64,000 bases of DNA from Syntrophomonadaceae bacterium. Its GTDB lineage: Bacteria > Bacillota > Dethiobacteria > DTU022. Every line of letters begins with the position of its first letter. Position 1 is the stretch's first letter. A program made the position numbers and the translations under genes. Below, in pieces: positions 63,134-64,000 of this stretch. The notes below the pieces were generated by a model. The model was not told where the DNA came from. It made no database searches and was given only the letters and a program-made list of their open reading frames with translations. The stretch spans positions 2,894 to 66,893 of the forward strand of contig PWGX01000003.1 of assembly GCA_003554615.1 (NCBI GenBank), given 5' to 3'.

Positions 63134-64000
63134 CTAACTGCCCCGGCTGCTGGGCAGGTACTGGAACAATTCTGCAGTCATGCTTTGAATGGGCATCGTC
63201 TGAAGCCAGATTTTACCGGGGCCGGTCAGGGTGGTAAGAAACATCCCTTCTCCACCGAGAAACATGTTCTTGATGCCTTTGACTCTTTCGATGTTAAAAT
63301 TGACGCTTTCTTCAAAAGCGCCAACCGAACCGGTTTCCACACTGATTTTTTCCCCGGGAGCCAGCTGTTTTTCAATACATTCCCCGTCGATCTCTATGAA
63401 GGCGGTTCCCCGGCCTGACAGTTTCTGCATGATAAACCCTTCCCCGCCGAAGAAACCCGCCCCGATGCGGCGCTGGAAGAAAACATTGTATTCGACCGTT
63501 TCAAAAGCACATAGGAAAGCCCTCCGCTGGCATATAATCGGGCCGGAAGAAACATCCACAGGAATGATGTTGCCCGGGTAAGTATGGCCAAAAGCCACTA
63601 CCGCCCCGTCAGCCAGACCGGTAAAATACTGGACAAACATCGACTCTCCTGACACCTGCCGTTTAAGAGCACCGAAAACTCCGCCTTTCATTTCCGTGTC
63701 CATTTTGATATTCTGATCCATCCACTGCATGGCTCCGCTCTGGGCATACAGGCGCTCTTCTCTTTTTAGTTTAATTTCAACCATGGGCATAACTGATCCC
63801 AGGATGATATAATTCAACCCTGAAGCGGCCTGGGCATGGCTGCTTCCCTGCTGATTATTAACATTGCCTTTTGCCAAAGCCGGCAGCTGATCCGCCCTGA
63901 TCCAGTCCCCTGTAGACTGGCTCCATAGCAAGTCATCACCCCTGATTTTCCCGCCGCTGTAATTGGAGGCGATCTGATCCCAGCTGAAAGGGCCGTATTT
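63134..64000 (-). CDS. AIM24/DUF124 (TIGR00266-like) protein with an N-terminal GYF_2-like domain; 5' end lies outside the window
   Basis: The core reads LYAQSGAMQWMD...GESMFVQYF...GEGFIMQKLSGRGTAFIEIDG...WLQTMP. The frame stays open upstream of the listed TTG (KYGPFSWDQIASNYSGGKIRGDDLLWSQSTGDWIRADQ) to the window edge. Confidence 0.7.
   Translation of the reverse strand, partial: KYGPFSWDQIASNYSGGKIRGDDLLWSQSTGDWIRADQLPALAKGNVNNQQGSSHAQAASGLNYIILGSVMPMVEIKLKREERLYAQSGAMQWMDQNIKMDTEMKGGVFGALKRQVSGESMFVQYFTGLADGAVVAFGHTYPGNIIPVDVSSGPIICQRRAFLCAFETVEYNVFFQRRIGAGFFGGEGFIMQKLSGRGTAFIEIDGECIEKQLAPGEKISVETGSVGAFEESVNFNIERVKGIKNMFLGGEGMFLTTLTGPGKIWLQTMPIQSMTAELFQYLPSSRGS

Noticed and set aside
1-64000. 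A search for rRNA, tRNA, tmRNA, CRISPR arrays, transposases/IS ends, integrases and toxin-antitoxin or other defence modules.
   Set aside because: None was recognised by eye on either strand. The only hint of past rearrangement is the gene debris at 7.5-8.5 kb.

Overview
This 64-kb window appears to come from a strictly anaerobic, selenocysteine-using degrader of aromatic compounds. The strong AGGAGG-type Shine-Dalgarno sites and the gene content suggest a Gram-positive, Peptococcaceae/Desulfotomaculum-like organism, but that is inference only.

Main content:
(1) 12.5-23.2 kb holds a complete class II (ATP-independent, tungsten-type) benzoyl-CoA reductase cluster, bamBCDEFGHI. bamE and bamF each contain an in-frame UGA at a conserved Cys position, followed by a hairpin, so both are read as Sec. 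The ORF track splits both genes.
(2) 49.5-53.2 kb holds a DUF35 gene followed by oah(bamA)/dch/had, the dienoyl-CoA lower pathway.
(3) 53.4-57.4 kb holds a second AOR-family tungsten enzyme with an FAD subunit, a poly-ferredoxin subunit and a MoaD-like gene (AorABC-like).
(4) 35.4-45.9 kb is a long co-directional operon: SDR, SCP-x-type thiolase, amidohydrolase_2, D-2-hydroxyacid dehydrogenase, a 2-hydroxyacyl-CoA-dehydratase-family pair with no activator in the window, iorAB and an acyl-CoA ligase. Two more CoA ligases, including a PaaK type, follow.
(5) 29.3-35.0 kb holds a TRAP transporter (DctPQM type) next to a cytoplasmic GAF histidine kinase and a NarL-type regulator.
(6) 3.0-6.8 kb is a thiol/redox island with two further UGA-interrupted genes (an ArsC/Spx-family protein and a peroxiredoxin with Sec at the peroxidatic position), a frameshifted HMA-domain gene, an Rrf2 regulator and cysK.
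(7) The window start carries gatCAB. Its GatA lacks both catalytic serines of the amidase-signature triad.
(8) The 3' end carries transporters and housekeeping genes.

The least explained signal is an ~80-90 nt conserved intergenic element. It occurs in three same-orientation copies, plus one partial copy, each upstream of an aromatic-catabolic operon. I recognised no rRNA, tRNA, CRISPR array, transposase or phage gene. All functional calls come from reading the translations by eye. No database search was run.
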